Shown here in pieces: positions 38,263 through 46,220 of a stretch of 64,000 nt of DNA (positions are counted from its first letter, which is position 1; the number at the start of each line of letters is the position of its first letter). This stretch comes from an uncultured Gammaproteobacteria bacterium (GTDB lineage Bacteria; Patescibacteriota; Microgenomatia; UBA10105; UBA927): assembly GCA_964621305.1 (NCBI GenBank), contig CAZUOM010000007.1, forward strand, positions 5,422-69,421. The letters run 5' to 3'. The notes under the pieces were generated by a model. It was not told the DNA's origin. It did no database searches and saw nothing but the letters and a program-made list of their open reading frames with translations. The position numbers and the translations under genes are program-made.

Positions 38263-38589
38263 ATGGGGCAAGAAGCAAACACTCACCATCTCTCTGATAG
38301 CGAGGCAGAATACCTCGTTCGTATTGATCGTCTCGTTGCAGAAGGAGAAAAACTTCAAAGATTTGGTTCTTTTGAAGTTGATTCGCTCTTGAAAGCAGGT
38401 TACTCTCTCTCCCTCATTGAGGAGTTGGCCAATGGTGGTTTCGAGATGACTCAAGACAATGCCATGAATTTGGAAAAAAAATTGCGTGGGGAAAACCACG
38501 GACGCTTAACAACTCGACCTATTACTCTAACTGAGGAAGACTTACGAAGATACGGGGTAAGGGCTGAAAATGATGCCGATCACCGGTAG
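38263..38589 (+). CDS. Hypothetical protein
   Basis: 108-aa ATG ORF filling the gap, divergent from TrmB gene. Confidence 0.5.
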   Translation: MGQEANTHHLSDSEAEYLVRIDRLVAEGEKLQRFGSFEVDSLLKAGYSLSLIEELANGGFEMTQDNAMNLEKKLRGENHGRLTTRPITLTEEDLRRYGVRAENDADHR

Positions 38590-38599
38590 TGGGTTAAAT

Positions 38600-38652
38600 A
38601 TATCCTAGGACATATCCTAGGACTTGACAAAGCAGTTCTACGGTGGCATCAT
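38600..38652 (+). promoter_or_regulatory. (ATATCCTAGGAC)x2 abutting a TTGACA-17-CATCAT promoter of the TA operon
   Basis: Repeat 38600-38623 (each unit holds palindrome TCCTAGGA); TTGACA 38624-38629; TG-G-CATCAT 38644-38652. Confidence 0.55.
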
Positions 38653-38660
38653 GAACATGT

Positions 38661-38909
38661 ATGAATACCGCGATTAATACCCATCTCTACCTTCCGGCAG
38701 ATTTGTATGCAGAGATTGCCGATTTGGCCCGCGAACAAAATCTGCCATTTGCGCGCGTGGCGCGGGAGCTGATGGCTGACTCCCTCAAGCGGAAAACGAA
38801 GAAGAAAAAGAAGGTCTATAAAAACCCGCTAGACTGGATGCTTTCTTTTCATCTAAAAGGGCCTACGGACGGATCCATTAACCACGACAAGTATCTGTAT
38901 GACGAGTAA
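38661..38909 (+). CDS. Ribbon-helix-helix (CopG-like) antitoxin
   Basis: 'THLYLPADLYAEI..LAREQN..FARVARE', C-terminal 'S.NHDKYLY'; overlaps PIN gene. Confidence 0.8.
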   Translation: MNTAINTHLYLPADLYAEIADLAREQNLPFARVARELMADSLKRKTKKKKKVYKNPLDWMLSFHLKGPTDGSINHDKYLYDE

Positions 38910-39315
38910 AAGAAGGGTACTTATCGACACTGATGCGATTTATGCTTCATTTGTTGCGGTAGATGCAAATCACAAACGGGCCCAGTTAGTCAGAAAAAAT
39001 TTTCCCTCTTTGCATTTTCATATGACTGATTTCGTTTTTGGTGAAGCGGCAACGTTATTATCCCGTCGGGTAGGTAAATCAACAGCGGATGCGTTTTTGA
39101 AAGGATTTGCTGAACACGGACTTGTACTTATTCCCGTGCCAAGAAATATCGTTATCCAAGCTGTCGACTACTTCCTCCGACAAACAACCAAAGATACCTC
39201 ATTTGTTGACTGCGTGAATATGGCAACGGCCAAACGATTAAGGATCGATACGATTTTTTCTTTCGACAAGGCGTATGAGCGGAACGGATTCAGATTGATT
39301 TCTGCCGTTTCGTAG
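38899..39315 (+). CDS. PIN-domain (VapC-like) toxin
   Basis: 'LIDTD', 'D.NH', 'FGE', 'SFVDC', 'FSFD'. Confidence 0.9.
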   Translation: MTSKRRVLIDTDAIYASFVAVDANHKRAQLVRKNFPSLHFHMTDFVFGEAATLLSRRVGKSTADAFLKGFAEHGLVLIPVPRNIVIQAVDYFLRQTTKDTSFVDCVNMATAKRLRIDTIFSFDKAYERNGFRLISAVS

Positions 39316-39350
39316 ATTAGGATACTGATTACTTGCCCCAACAAACCTCA

Positions 39351-40364
39351 ATGCGGCCGTTTCTTTCTCTTATCATCCCATATCACAATAGTGAGGCCAC
39401 GATTGGCAGGCTGATTACATCTATTTCTAAATCTAAGCGAGCGCCGTCATACGAGGTAATAATAGTTGACGATTGGTCGAAAGAAAAGTGCAAAGTGCAA
39501 AGTGCAAAGTGCAAAGTTATTCGCCTAAAAGCCAATCGTGGACCGGCGGTGGCGAGGAATAGGGGGGTGGCGGTTGCGAAGGGAAAGTTTATCTTGTTTC
39601 TCGATAGCGATGTAGAACTTTTCCCTGATACCCTCCATAACTTAGCTGTTATTTATCAGGAAGACCCGGATGTCGTTGCGGTAACTGGCGTTTGGGTCAA
39701 AGAGCAGAAAACGAAGGAATTTTTCTCCAATTTTAAGGCCCTGCGGGATTGGAGCTACTGGATCAATGAACGGGATAAAAGCGGGTACTACTTTCTCTTT
39801 TCGACACGAATTGCCTCTATTAAAAAAACCGTTTTTCAGCGCTTGGGCGGCTTTGATGAAACCTACCCGGCGCCGCTGGTTGAGGATATTGAGTTGACAT
39901 ACAGAATTGCCCGGCGATATGCGATCATATTCGCCCCTAATGTCCGCGTGCGGCATGAATTTGAAGGTTTCTGGCCGATTGCAAAAAAGTACTTTTTACG
40001 GGCTTACTACTGGACCAAACTTTATCAAAGAAGGAAGAAATTCGATCCGGTGGCAACAACGTGGCAAGAAGCATTGACGACCTTATCCGGTGTTGCTGTA
40101 GTCTTTTTTGGAGTCGTGAGTTTACTTGCAGCCATAAGCGTTCCCAGCATATCAAATATCAAATATCAAATATCAAATATGATTTGGGGAAAGGTTTTTC
40201 TGGGGGCACTGATTCTGCATGTTTTTCTCATCCGTAAGTTTTTGGTCTTTATGTATCGCGAAAAGGGTCTCTGGTTTGCCATGCGCGGGTTCTTTAGCGG
40301 GTTGGTTTTATACTGCTTCATTTTTGCCGGGGCACTGGCTGGGAAACTGAAATCAGGGAGATAG
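39351..40364 (+). CDS. GT2 glycosyltransferase with C-terminal TM helices
   Basis: 'IIVDD', 'GPAVARN.G', 'FLDSD', 'GGFDE…EDIE'; ATG 39351. Confidence 0.9.
   Translation: MRPFLSLIIPYHNSEATIGRLITSISKSKRAPSYEVIIVDDWSKEKCKVQSAKCKVIRLKANRGPAVARNRGVAVAKGKFILFLDSDVELFPDTLHNLAVIYQEDPDVVAVTGVWVKEQKTKEFFSNFKALRDWSYWINERDKSGYYFLFSTRIASIKKTVFQRLGGFDETYPAPLVEDIELTYRIARRYAIIFAPNVRVRHEFEGFWPIAKKYFLRAYYWTKLYQRRKKFDPVATTWQEALTTLSGVAVVFFGVVSLLAAISVPSISNIKYQISNMIWGKVFLGALILHVFLIRKFLVFMYREKGLWFAMRGFFSGLVLYCFIFAGALAGKLKSGR
39485..39517 (+). repeat. (AAAGTGC)x4.7 tandem heptamer within CDS
   Basis: Perfect units; encodes KCKVQSAKCKV just after the DD motif. Confidence 0.95.
40149..40180 (+). repeat. (ATATCAA)x4.6 tandem heptamer within CDS
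   Basis: Perfect units; encodes ISNIKYQISN between two TM helices. Confidence 0.95.
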
Positions 40365-42272
40365 AGAAGCATCAGGTATGTTGAGTTTAGGCGCCGGGAT
40401 GGGTTGGAATTCAACAACAGGGGAAAGGATTTCTTCCGTTGAAATCGTGGGTGATAGCGCTGGAGTTTGCCAAAGTGATGTGATTTCTTCAGGTGATAGC
40501 TTATCCATGATTTCGGCAATATCTGCGGTGAGGCGGTCTGCATCGGTTGAACGAGGTGGAACAAGCTGGCTGGTGCGGCGAAATTCGATGGCCGCCTGCA
40601 AATACTGCTTTTTGGCCCGATAGGCAAACGCCAGGCTGTAGTGGGCATTTGCCAAGTCATCTTTGAGTGCTACTGCAGACTGAAAGAGACGTATTGCCTC
40701 ATCGATTCGATTGGTGCGTAAATAGACGTTGCCTGTACTAATGCGAAGGAGCGGATTGGTGGGATCTAGAGCAATGGTCTGGTTGAGGGCTGCGATAGTC
40801 CAGGCGTCGGCATTGGTGGCAATGCCTAAAAATCCCCGGTAGATGCTGGCTAAATTTTCCCACATGATCACAGATGTAGGTGCCGCGTTAATTGCGATTT
40901 TCGCTTCCCGGATAGCCTGCTGGTAAAAGTCCGTCACTAACTGTTTATCTTTGTCCGAGAGCGCCGTTTTGGTATCAGATGCACGATTAAGGATTGCACT
41001 AGCCAAAAGGAGCGATGTTTGCGAAAGTGCCGCGTGGTAACGGGCAGAGGTTGGGTTGTGGTTGATAGCGGTCAATAGTAAGGCATATATTGTCCTGCCA
41101 TCGTTTTTGCTTAGAGCTCCAACTGCTTTGCCAAATGCAATGTCTGCCAGGTACACGCGGCTGATAAGATAGCCGCTTACGAGTGCGGCAATAATGAGGA
41201 GTCCTCCGGAAACGATACCAATCCACTCTCGTTGTTTTGTCAGATTAAAAGTGATTACTTTTGTTTGCGACGCCAGAAGCATGACGGTAACGGTTACTAC
41301 GATTATCGGCAGGCTAGGAGGCAGAAAGAACAACGCAAGAAAGACGAGAAAGAGAGCAATACGAGTATCAAGGTAAGTTCGAGATAGGATGAAGCTTCGA
41401 AGCAGCAGTGCTGTTGCTATAACACCGAGAACACCCACGGTTGTTGCTTGGTGAAAGAGAAACGATGAGCCTAGCGTAAAGCGAGCATTCCACAGTGGGC
41501 TGATGTTGAGTTCTTCTGGTCTACCGGCAGTATATGCCGCAAGAAAATTTTGTGGACCCACACCAAAGGCCAAGTGTAATGGTTGCTTTATTGATTCGAG
41601 GAAAACTGACCAGTTGGCAGAGAAGGGGAGGATCTGTATGGGCTCTTTGGTCAGTTGCCAAAGCGTCACGCCTATGCCCATCATGGTAACGATACTGATG
41701 CCAAAGGCGATGATAGTTTCTGTATCTTCTTTTTTTTGAAACAATCGGAGAGCATGCCCGATGGATAGCGGGAGGCTGATCATTAGAAATCCAAGCAGCC
41801 CAAGAGCTGATCCAAGCGGACTCCAGAGAGGATTAGCCAGTCCAAGAGCAGTATAGACGGCGACTAGTCCTGCCACTCCCGCGCCAGCAGAAAGAAACCA
41901 AAACAACACCATTTTTTGTTTTTTTTCGGTCAATGATAGGGAAACGGTTAGGAGAAAAAGACTCATGTACGTGACGATACCAAGGGGATGTGTTGCTCCT
42001 TGGGCATAGTTGTCTGAAACGGTCAACGTACTGGCACTAGCAGCCACGGTAAGTGCTAATAATCCGGTGGCTGCTGGTGACCAGTGAAGCTCTAGATTCT
42101 TGCTGAATGCAAGCCGTAGCCCAAAGAGAAACAGTATAGCGGCCGAAGATACGGCCAGAAGAGTCCATTTGTTGAAATCGTAATAATCCGACGTCGTCGG
42201 AAGGAAAAAAAGCGGCGTGATGCCCAAGACGACGATTGAGATCCAATTGGTAAGCGCTTCTAGTTTTTTCAT
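40353..42272 (-). CDS. O-antigen ligase/oligosaccharyltransferase-like membrane protein with C-terminal TPR
   Basis: Many TM helices, 'GVGPQNF..AY' loop, TPR-like 'ALDPTNP…G.VY…A..LK.D.ANAHYSLA'. Confidence 0.65.
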   Translation of the reverse strand: MKKLEALTNWISIVVLGITPLFFLPTTSDYYDFNKWTLLAVSSAAILFLFGLRLAFSKNLELHWSPAATGLLALTVAASASTLTVSDNYAQGATHPLGIVTYMSLFLLTVSLSLTEKKQKMVLFWFLSAGAGVAGLVAVYTALGLANPLWSPLGSALGLLGFLMISLPLSIGHALRLFQKKEDTETIIAFGISIVTMMGIGVTLWQLTKEPIQILPFSANWSVFLESIKQPLHLAFGVGPQNFLAAYTAGRPEELNISPLWNARFTLGSSFLFHQATTVGVLGVIATALLLRSFILSRTYLDTRIALFLVFLALFFLPPSLPIIVVTVTVMLLASQTKVITFNLTKQREWIGIVSGGLLIIAALVSGYLISRVYLADIAFGKAVGALSKNDGRTIYALLLTAINHNPTSARYHAALSQTSLLLASAILNRASDTKTALSDKDKQLVTDFYQQAIREAKIAINAAPTSVIMWENLASIYRGFLGIATNADAWTIAALNQTIALDPTNPLLRISTGNVYLRTNRIDEAIRLFQSAVALKDDLANAHYSLAFAYRAKKQYLQAAIEFRRTSQLVPPRSTDADRLTADIAEIMDKLSPEEITSLWQTPALSPTISTEEILSPVVEFQPIPAPKLNIPDASLSP

Positions 42273-42320
42273 GAAACCATGATAGTCCAATGTTGTTATT
42301 TCGTATATACTTTGTATAGA

Positions 42321-42962
42321 ATGTCACACTTTAGAAGCGGCTTTACCCTGGCAGAGCTTCTTATCGGAATCTCGATCGTCATATTGCTTGGACTGGCAGT
42401 ATTATCCAATATTAAGTCACTTATTGATCGCGGGCATGACACAACACGCAAGGGACATATTCGCGCAATTGTCAAGGGGTTTGAGGAGTACTACAACGAT
42501 CATCAGTGTTACCCGCCTCTTACGATTTTATCCCCTTGCGGCGGCAGTCAACTTGCACCTGGACTTTCTGTCATGCCTTGCGACCCGCAGAGTAATTTGC
42601 CGTACAAGTATGTAAGTCAGAACGAAGCAAGTTCTTGTCGCGGATATAAAGTCTTTGCAGCGCTTCGGAATAAAAAAGATCCGGATATTATCGCCGTGGG
42701 CTGTAGTCCGGTCAACGGGTGTGGATATGGTGCCTTGTGGAATTGGGGACTAGCTGCCGGAGGACTGCTTCCGGCGTCCGGGTTTGTCGCCGACGTGCCT
42801 CCTACTCCTACTCCTGCCTATCCGCCCGGGCGCCATGCATGCGACCCCAACGGCATTTGTAACTCCTACGGCAACCCAGCAGGCGCTGGTTGTCCAGTGA
42901 CGTATAACCAGCCAGACTGCTACAATATGTGTGGTAACCCTGCCAACCGATGCTTACAATGA
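42321..42962 (+). CDS. Type IV pilin/GspG-like protein with Cys-rich tail
   Basis: Class III signal 'RSG|FTLAELL'; 'D..RK…YYND…YP'. Confidence 0.85.
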   Translation: MSHFRSGFTLAELLIGISIVILLGLAVLSNIKSLIDRGHDTTRKGHIRAIVKGFEEYYNDHQCYPPLTILSPCGGSQLAPGLSVMPCDPQSNLPYKYVSQNEASSCRGYKVFAALRNKKDPDIIAVGCSPVNGCGYGALWNWGLAAGGLLPASGFVADVPPTPTPAYPPGRHACDPNGICNSYGNPAGAGCPVTYNQPDCYNMCGNPANRCLQ

Positions 42963-43489
42963 AAAAAGGATTCTCTCTCATCGAGCTTCTTGTGGCAATT
43001 GTTATTCTTGGTGCACTTGTGTCTGTGGTTGCACAAACATTTACTTCTACTCAAGTCAAGTCTCGTGATAATCGGCGTAAAAGCGACTTGGCCGGCCTCG
43101 TCACGGCACTTGAGGCATACTACAATGATAAGGGGAGATATCCCAATGAAGGCTTGAGTGGGCAGATTGCTGGCTGTGGGTCGGCAGATAGTCAAATTTG
43201 CCCTTGGGGAGGAGCTTTTACGGACCAATATGGTACCACCTACATGCAAAAATTACCGATAGATCCAAGGAGCGGCAGTACATACTTCTACGATGTTGGC
43301 GGCAGCAACCGCAGTTATCAGCTGTATGGACGGCTAGAAAATACCAAAGATAATGCCGTGCCTAAAGGCGCCCAAGGACAGCCTCAAGCGTACGGGTCAA
43401 CCAGTTGCAGTAGCTCTGCCGTGGTATTATGTAATTACGGAGTTTCCAGTACCAATACAACACCTGAAAACGGACATCCACTCCAATGA
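42959..43489 (+). CDS. Type IV pilin/GspG-like protein
   Basis: 'MKKG|FSLIELL'; 'RD.RRKSDL…LEAYYND.GRYP', 'LP.DP'. Confidence 0.9.
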   Translation: MKKGFSLIELLVAIVILGALVSVVAQTFTSTQVKSRDNRRKSDLAGLVTALEAYYNDKGRYPNEGLSGQIAGCGSADSQICPWGGAFTDQYGTTYMQKLPIDPRSGSTYFYDVGGSNRSYQLYGRLENTKDNAVPKGAQGQPQAYGSTSCSSSAVVLCNYGVSSTNTTPENGHPLQ

Positions 43490-44010
43490 ATAAACTTGGC
43501 TTTACCCTAATTGAAATTCTTGTGGCAATATCTGTCATTGCTCTGGTCATTGGAGTGGCTCTGCCGAATTTTTTAGGCGCACGCGAACGGGGACGAGACA
43601 TAAAACGAAAATCAGAACTGAATCAGTTAAAGACTGCGCTGCGGCTTTATTATAGCGACTACGGACGCTACCCTAATTGGAATATTGGCGTCTATATTAT
43701 CGGGTGCGGACCAGCTGGTACGAGTCAGTGTTTGGGCAGTGGTGTTTGTACCACAGCTGATTTTGCTGCCGGCGGCACCGACGGGTGCGGGACTATTTAC
43801 ATGAAGCGGTTTCCCAGAATCGGTACCTCTCAGCAGTTTTTTTATTACCAGGCGGCAAACGGTGACGATTTCCGGCTCAAGGTGCTCCTGGAGAACGTAT
43901 CAGATGCCGATATTGTATCGAGTCAGGCTCGATGTTCGGTGGTTCCTGCTACAAATCCCGCTGGTACATTTTCCTATAACCCAGGCGATTTTGTCCTTTG
44001 CGCCGATTAA
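43486..44010 (+). CDS. Type IV pilin/GspG-like protein
   Basis: 'KLG|FTLIEIL'; 'RD.KRKSEL..L.TAL.LYY.D.GRYP'. Confidence 0.9.
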   Translation: MNKLGFTLIEILVAISVIALVIGVALPNFLGARERGRDIKRKSELNQLKTALRLYYSDYGRYPNWNIGVYIIGCGPAGTSQCLGSGVCTTADFAAGGTDGCGTIYMKRFPRIGTSQQFFYYQAANGDDFRLKVLLENVSDADIVSSQARCSVVPATNPAGTFSYNPGDFVLCAD

Positions 44011-44020
44011 AACCGCTATT

Positions 44021-44164
44021 CTAAAACAATACGTAGAGGAATGGTGAAATCGGGGACACTGCGGCCGCTGCGATAAGGACTCCAAAAGCAACAAAGACTA
44101 TGACGGCCGGCACCATCCACCAGAGTTTATTTTTCCATACATAGACAAAAAGCTGTTTGATCAT
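44021..44164 (-). CDS. 47-aa SxtK/DUF5989-like small membrane protein (absent from ORF track)
   Basis: MIKQLFVYVWKNKLWWMVPAVIVFVAFGVLIAAAAVSPISPFLYVLF; 'K.WW..P…PF.Y.LF' pattern; ATGA-coupled to carbamoyltransferase. Confidence 0.8.
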   Translation of the reverse strand: MIKQLFVYVWKNKLWWMVPAVIVFVAFGVLIAAAAVSPISPFLYVLF

Positions 44165-45864
44165 GGGCGTTTTTTTACGATAAACCGTTCCATTACCAAG
44201 ACATCGATATCAGTTTTTAAAAAGCACTCAATGGCATCTTTTGGCGTTGCGACAATGGGCTCTCCGCGGACGTTAAATGACGTGTTGAGAAGGGCAGGCA
44301 CGCCAGTCTTTTTGCCAAAAGCTTGAATAAGGTCATAGTACAATGGATTATCGCCCCGTGCAACGGTTTGGAGCCGGCCGGTGCCGTCGATGTGGACGGT
44401 TGCGGGGACTTCTTGTTTTCCTCGTTTTGTAAACGGGTAGATGACCGTCATGTACCTGGTTGACTCCGGAACATTCTTATCCGTGACAAAATACCGTTTC
44501 ACTCCTATATCAAGCACAGATGGTGCAAACGGTCGGAACAACTCCCGGTGTTTGACCTTTTCGTTGATGATATCCTTCATTTTCGCATCGCGGGGATCGG
44601 CTAAGATGCTTCGATTGCCCAGAGCCCTCGGCCCCCATTCCATCCGGCCCTGGAACCACGCCACAATGCTGCCTTTTGTCAGAAAACTGGCTACCGTGTC
44701 GAGAAATTTGTTCCGTTGGTCTATGAGTTTATAGGAAAGGTGATACTCATCAAGTATTGATGCTATCTGTTGGCCGGTAAAATCCGGACCGAGATACGGA
44801 GAAAAAGAAATTGTCTGTTTTTGTTTGCTGTGTCGGTTCCAGAACCAAAGGGCCGCACCCATGGCAGCGCCCCCGTCGCCCGGATCCGGCGGGATGAAAA
44901 GATTTTTAAATGGCGTGTGAGAAAGAATTTTTCCGTTGACGAGCGCATTAAGCGCAACACCGCCGGCAAGGGTTAAGTTGGAAATTTTGTATTCCTTGTA
45001 AGTAGCGTTTAGGAGATTTATTACGACTTGTTCGAACTTTTTTTGAAGGCTTGCGGCTATATTGGCGTAGTGAGCTCTCATTTTGCTTTCCGGAGTACGA
45101 GCGGGGTAGCCAAAGAGACTTTCCAACTTTTCAGAAAACATGTGATTGCTCCAGGTGTAGTCAAAATAGTCCATAGAGAGTGCAAAGCTTCCATCTGGGA
45201 ATTGTGTAATAAGATTGTCCATGTGAGAAGAAAATGGTAGGGGATCTCCGGAAGCGGCAAGACCCATAACCTTATACTCTGCATCGTTGACAGCAAAACC
45301 CAGGTAACTAGTTATGGCAGAGTAGAGAAGACCGAGAGAGTGGGGGAAGTGTATTTCTCTATCAATCCAGATCTCGGCCCCGTTTCCAACACCGACAGTG
45401 GTAGTCGCCCATTCACCAACTCCGTCAAACGTCACGTTTACGGCGCTGGCAAATCCTGAAAGATAGTAGGCGCTTGCGGCGTGTGCTAGATGTTGTTGAC
45501 AATATTGGATGGATCCGGTGTAGCCTATTTCTTTTTTTAAAACCTTACCAATATTCATTTTATAGTCAAACCAGCTGCCGATTGACTCCACAAACGATTT
45601 GCGACTGTCAGGAAAATGCGCAAGGTGCTGCGAAAGTACTCGGTGAAATTTAATGACAGGTTTTTCGTAGAAGACGACAAAGTCGATATCCGCAATCGTG
45701 ATGCCTAGCCATGAAAGGCAAAAGGAAATGGCCTGCTTAGGGAAGCTGTTATCGTGCTTGATCCGGCTGAAGCGTTCTTCTGCGGCTGCCGCAACAACAT
45801 TGCCGTCAACCAAAAGACAGGCAGAAGCGTCGTGATACCAACAGGAGATGCCAAGAAGTTTCAT
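44161..45864 (-). CDS. NodU/CmcH-family O-carbamoyltransferase
   Basis: 'HDASA…EERFSRIKHD', 'HLAHAASAY', 'DGVGE', 'GRMEWGPRALGNRSIL', 'NTSFN..GEP'. Confidence 0.95.
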   Translation of the reverse strand: MKLLGISCWYHDASACLLVDGNVVAAAAEERFSRIKHDNSFPKQAISFCLSWLGITIADIDFVVFYEKPVIKFHRVLSQHLAHFPDSRKSFVESIGSWFDYKMNIGKVLKKEIGYTGSIQYCQQHLAHAASAYYLSGFASAVNVTFDGVGEWATTTVGVGNGAEIWIDREIHFPHSLGLLYSAITSYLGFAVNDAEYKVMGLAASGDPLPFSSHMDNLITQFPDGSFALSMDYFDYTWSNHMFSEKLESLFGYPARTPESKMRAHYANIAASLQKKFEQVVINLLNATYKEYKISNLTLAGGVALNALVNGKILSHTPFKNLFIPPDPGDGGAAMGAALWFWNRHSKQKQTISFSPYLGPDFTGQQIASILDEYHLSYKLIDQRNKFLDTVASFLTKGSIVAWFQGRMEWGPRALGNRSILADPRDAKMKDIINEKVKHRELFRPFAPSVLDIGVKRYFVTDKNVPESTRYMTVIYPFTKRGKQEVPATVHIDGTGRLQTVARGDNPLYYDLIQAFGKKTGVPALLNTSFNVRGEPIVATPKDAIECFLKTDIDVLVMERFIVKKRP

Positions 45865-45868
45865 CCAT

Positions 45869-46066
45869 TTAATACATTACGTCATCAACGATCGACGCTT
45901 TATGCTTTATCCAAGTTGTCTTTTGTGAGATAGGAGTAAGGAAGTGTTTGCCTAAGAGTTTAGCAATAACTGCGGGGATGCCAATGCCAACACCGTACAT
46001 AAGATTGGTGAGGAGGTGGTACTGTACTGCCCCGATGGATTGGAAGAGCCATTTTAGCGCTGACAT
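45869..46066 (-). CDS. Short SxtJ-like membrane protein
   Basis: 'IGAV…LLTNLMYGVGIGIPAVIAKLLGKHFL…TWI' resembles the SxtJ C-terminal half; directly upstream of carbamoyltransferase. Confidence 0.55.
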   Translation of the reverse strand: MSALKWLFQSIGAVQYHLLTNLMYGVGIGIPAVIAKLLGKHFLTPISQKTTWIKHKASIVDDVMY

Positions 46067-46122
46067 GTTATAGAACGCATTGAGTAATTTAACAGAACCC
46101 ATTTCAAAGTACCACATGAGAA

Positions 46123-46208
46123 ATCACTTTACATCACTTTTCGACTGTATTATTCTGATAAGGTAGCAACATTATCTACGGATCGGCGGATTACGTCGTC
46201 TGCGCCGA
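46123..46208 (+). promoter_or_regulatory. Putative promoter (TTTACA-17-TATTCT) with ATCACTTT direct repeat and GC hairpin leader
   Basis: TTTACA 46128-46133, TATTCT 46151-46156; ATCACTTT at 46123 and 46133; TCGGCG…CGCCGA 46183-46208. Confidence 0.4.
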
Positions 46209-46220
46209 CTGATGCGATGA

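Noticed and set aside
8370-40180. CRISPR array or diversity-generating retroelement as source of the repeats
   Set aside because: Repeats are contiguous with no spacers; no cas or reverse transcriptase gene and no adenine-specific TR/VR pair seen
44021-46066. Saxitoxin biosynthesis cluster
   Set aside because: Only the sxtI/J/K-like trio is present; no sxtA-like PKS or amidinotransferase
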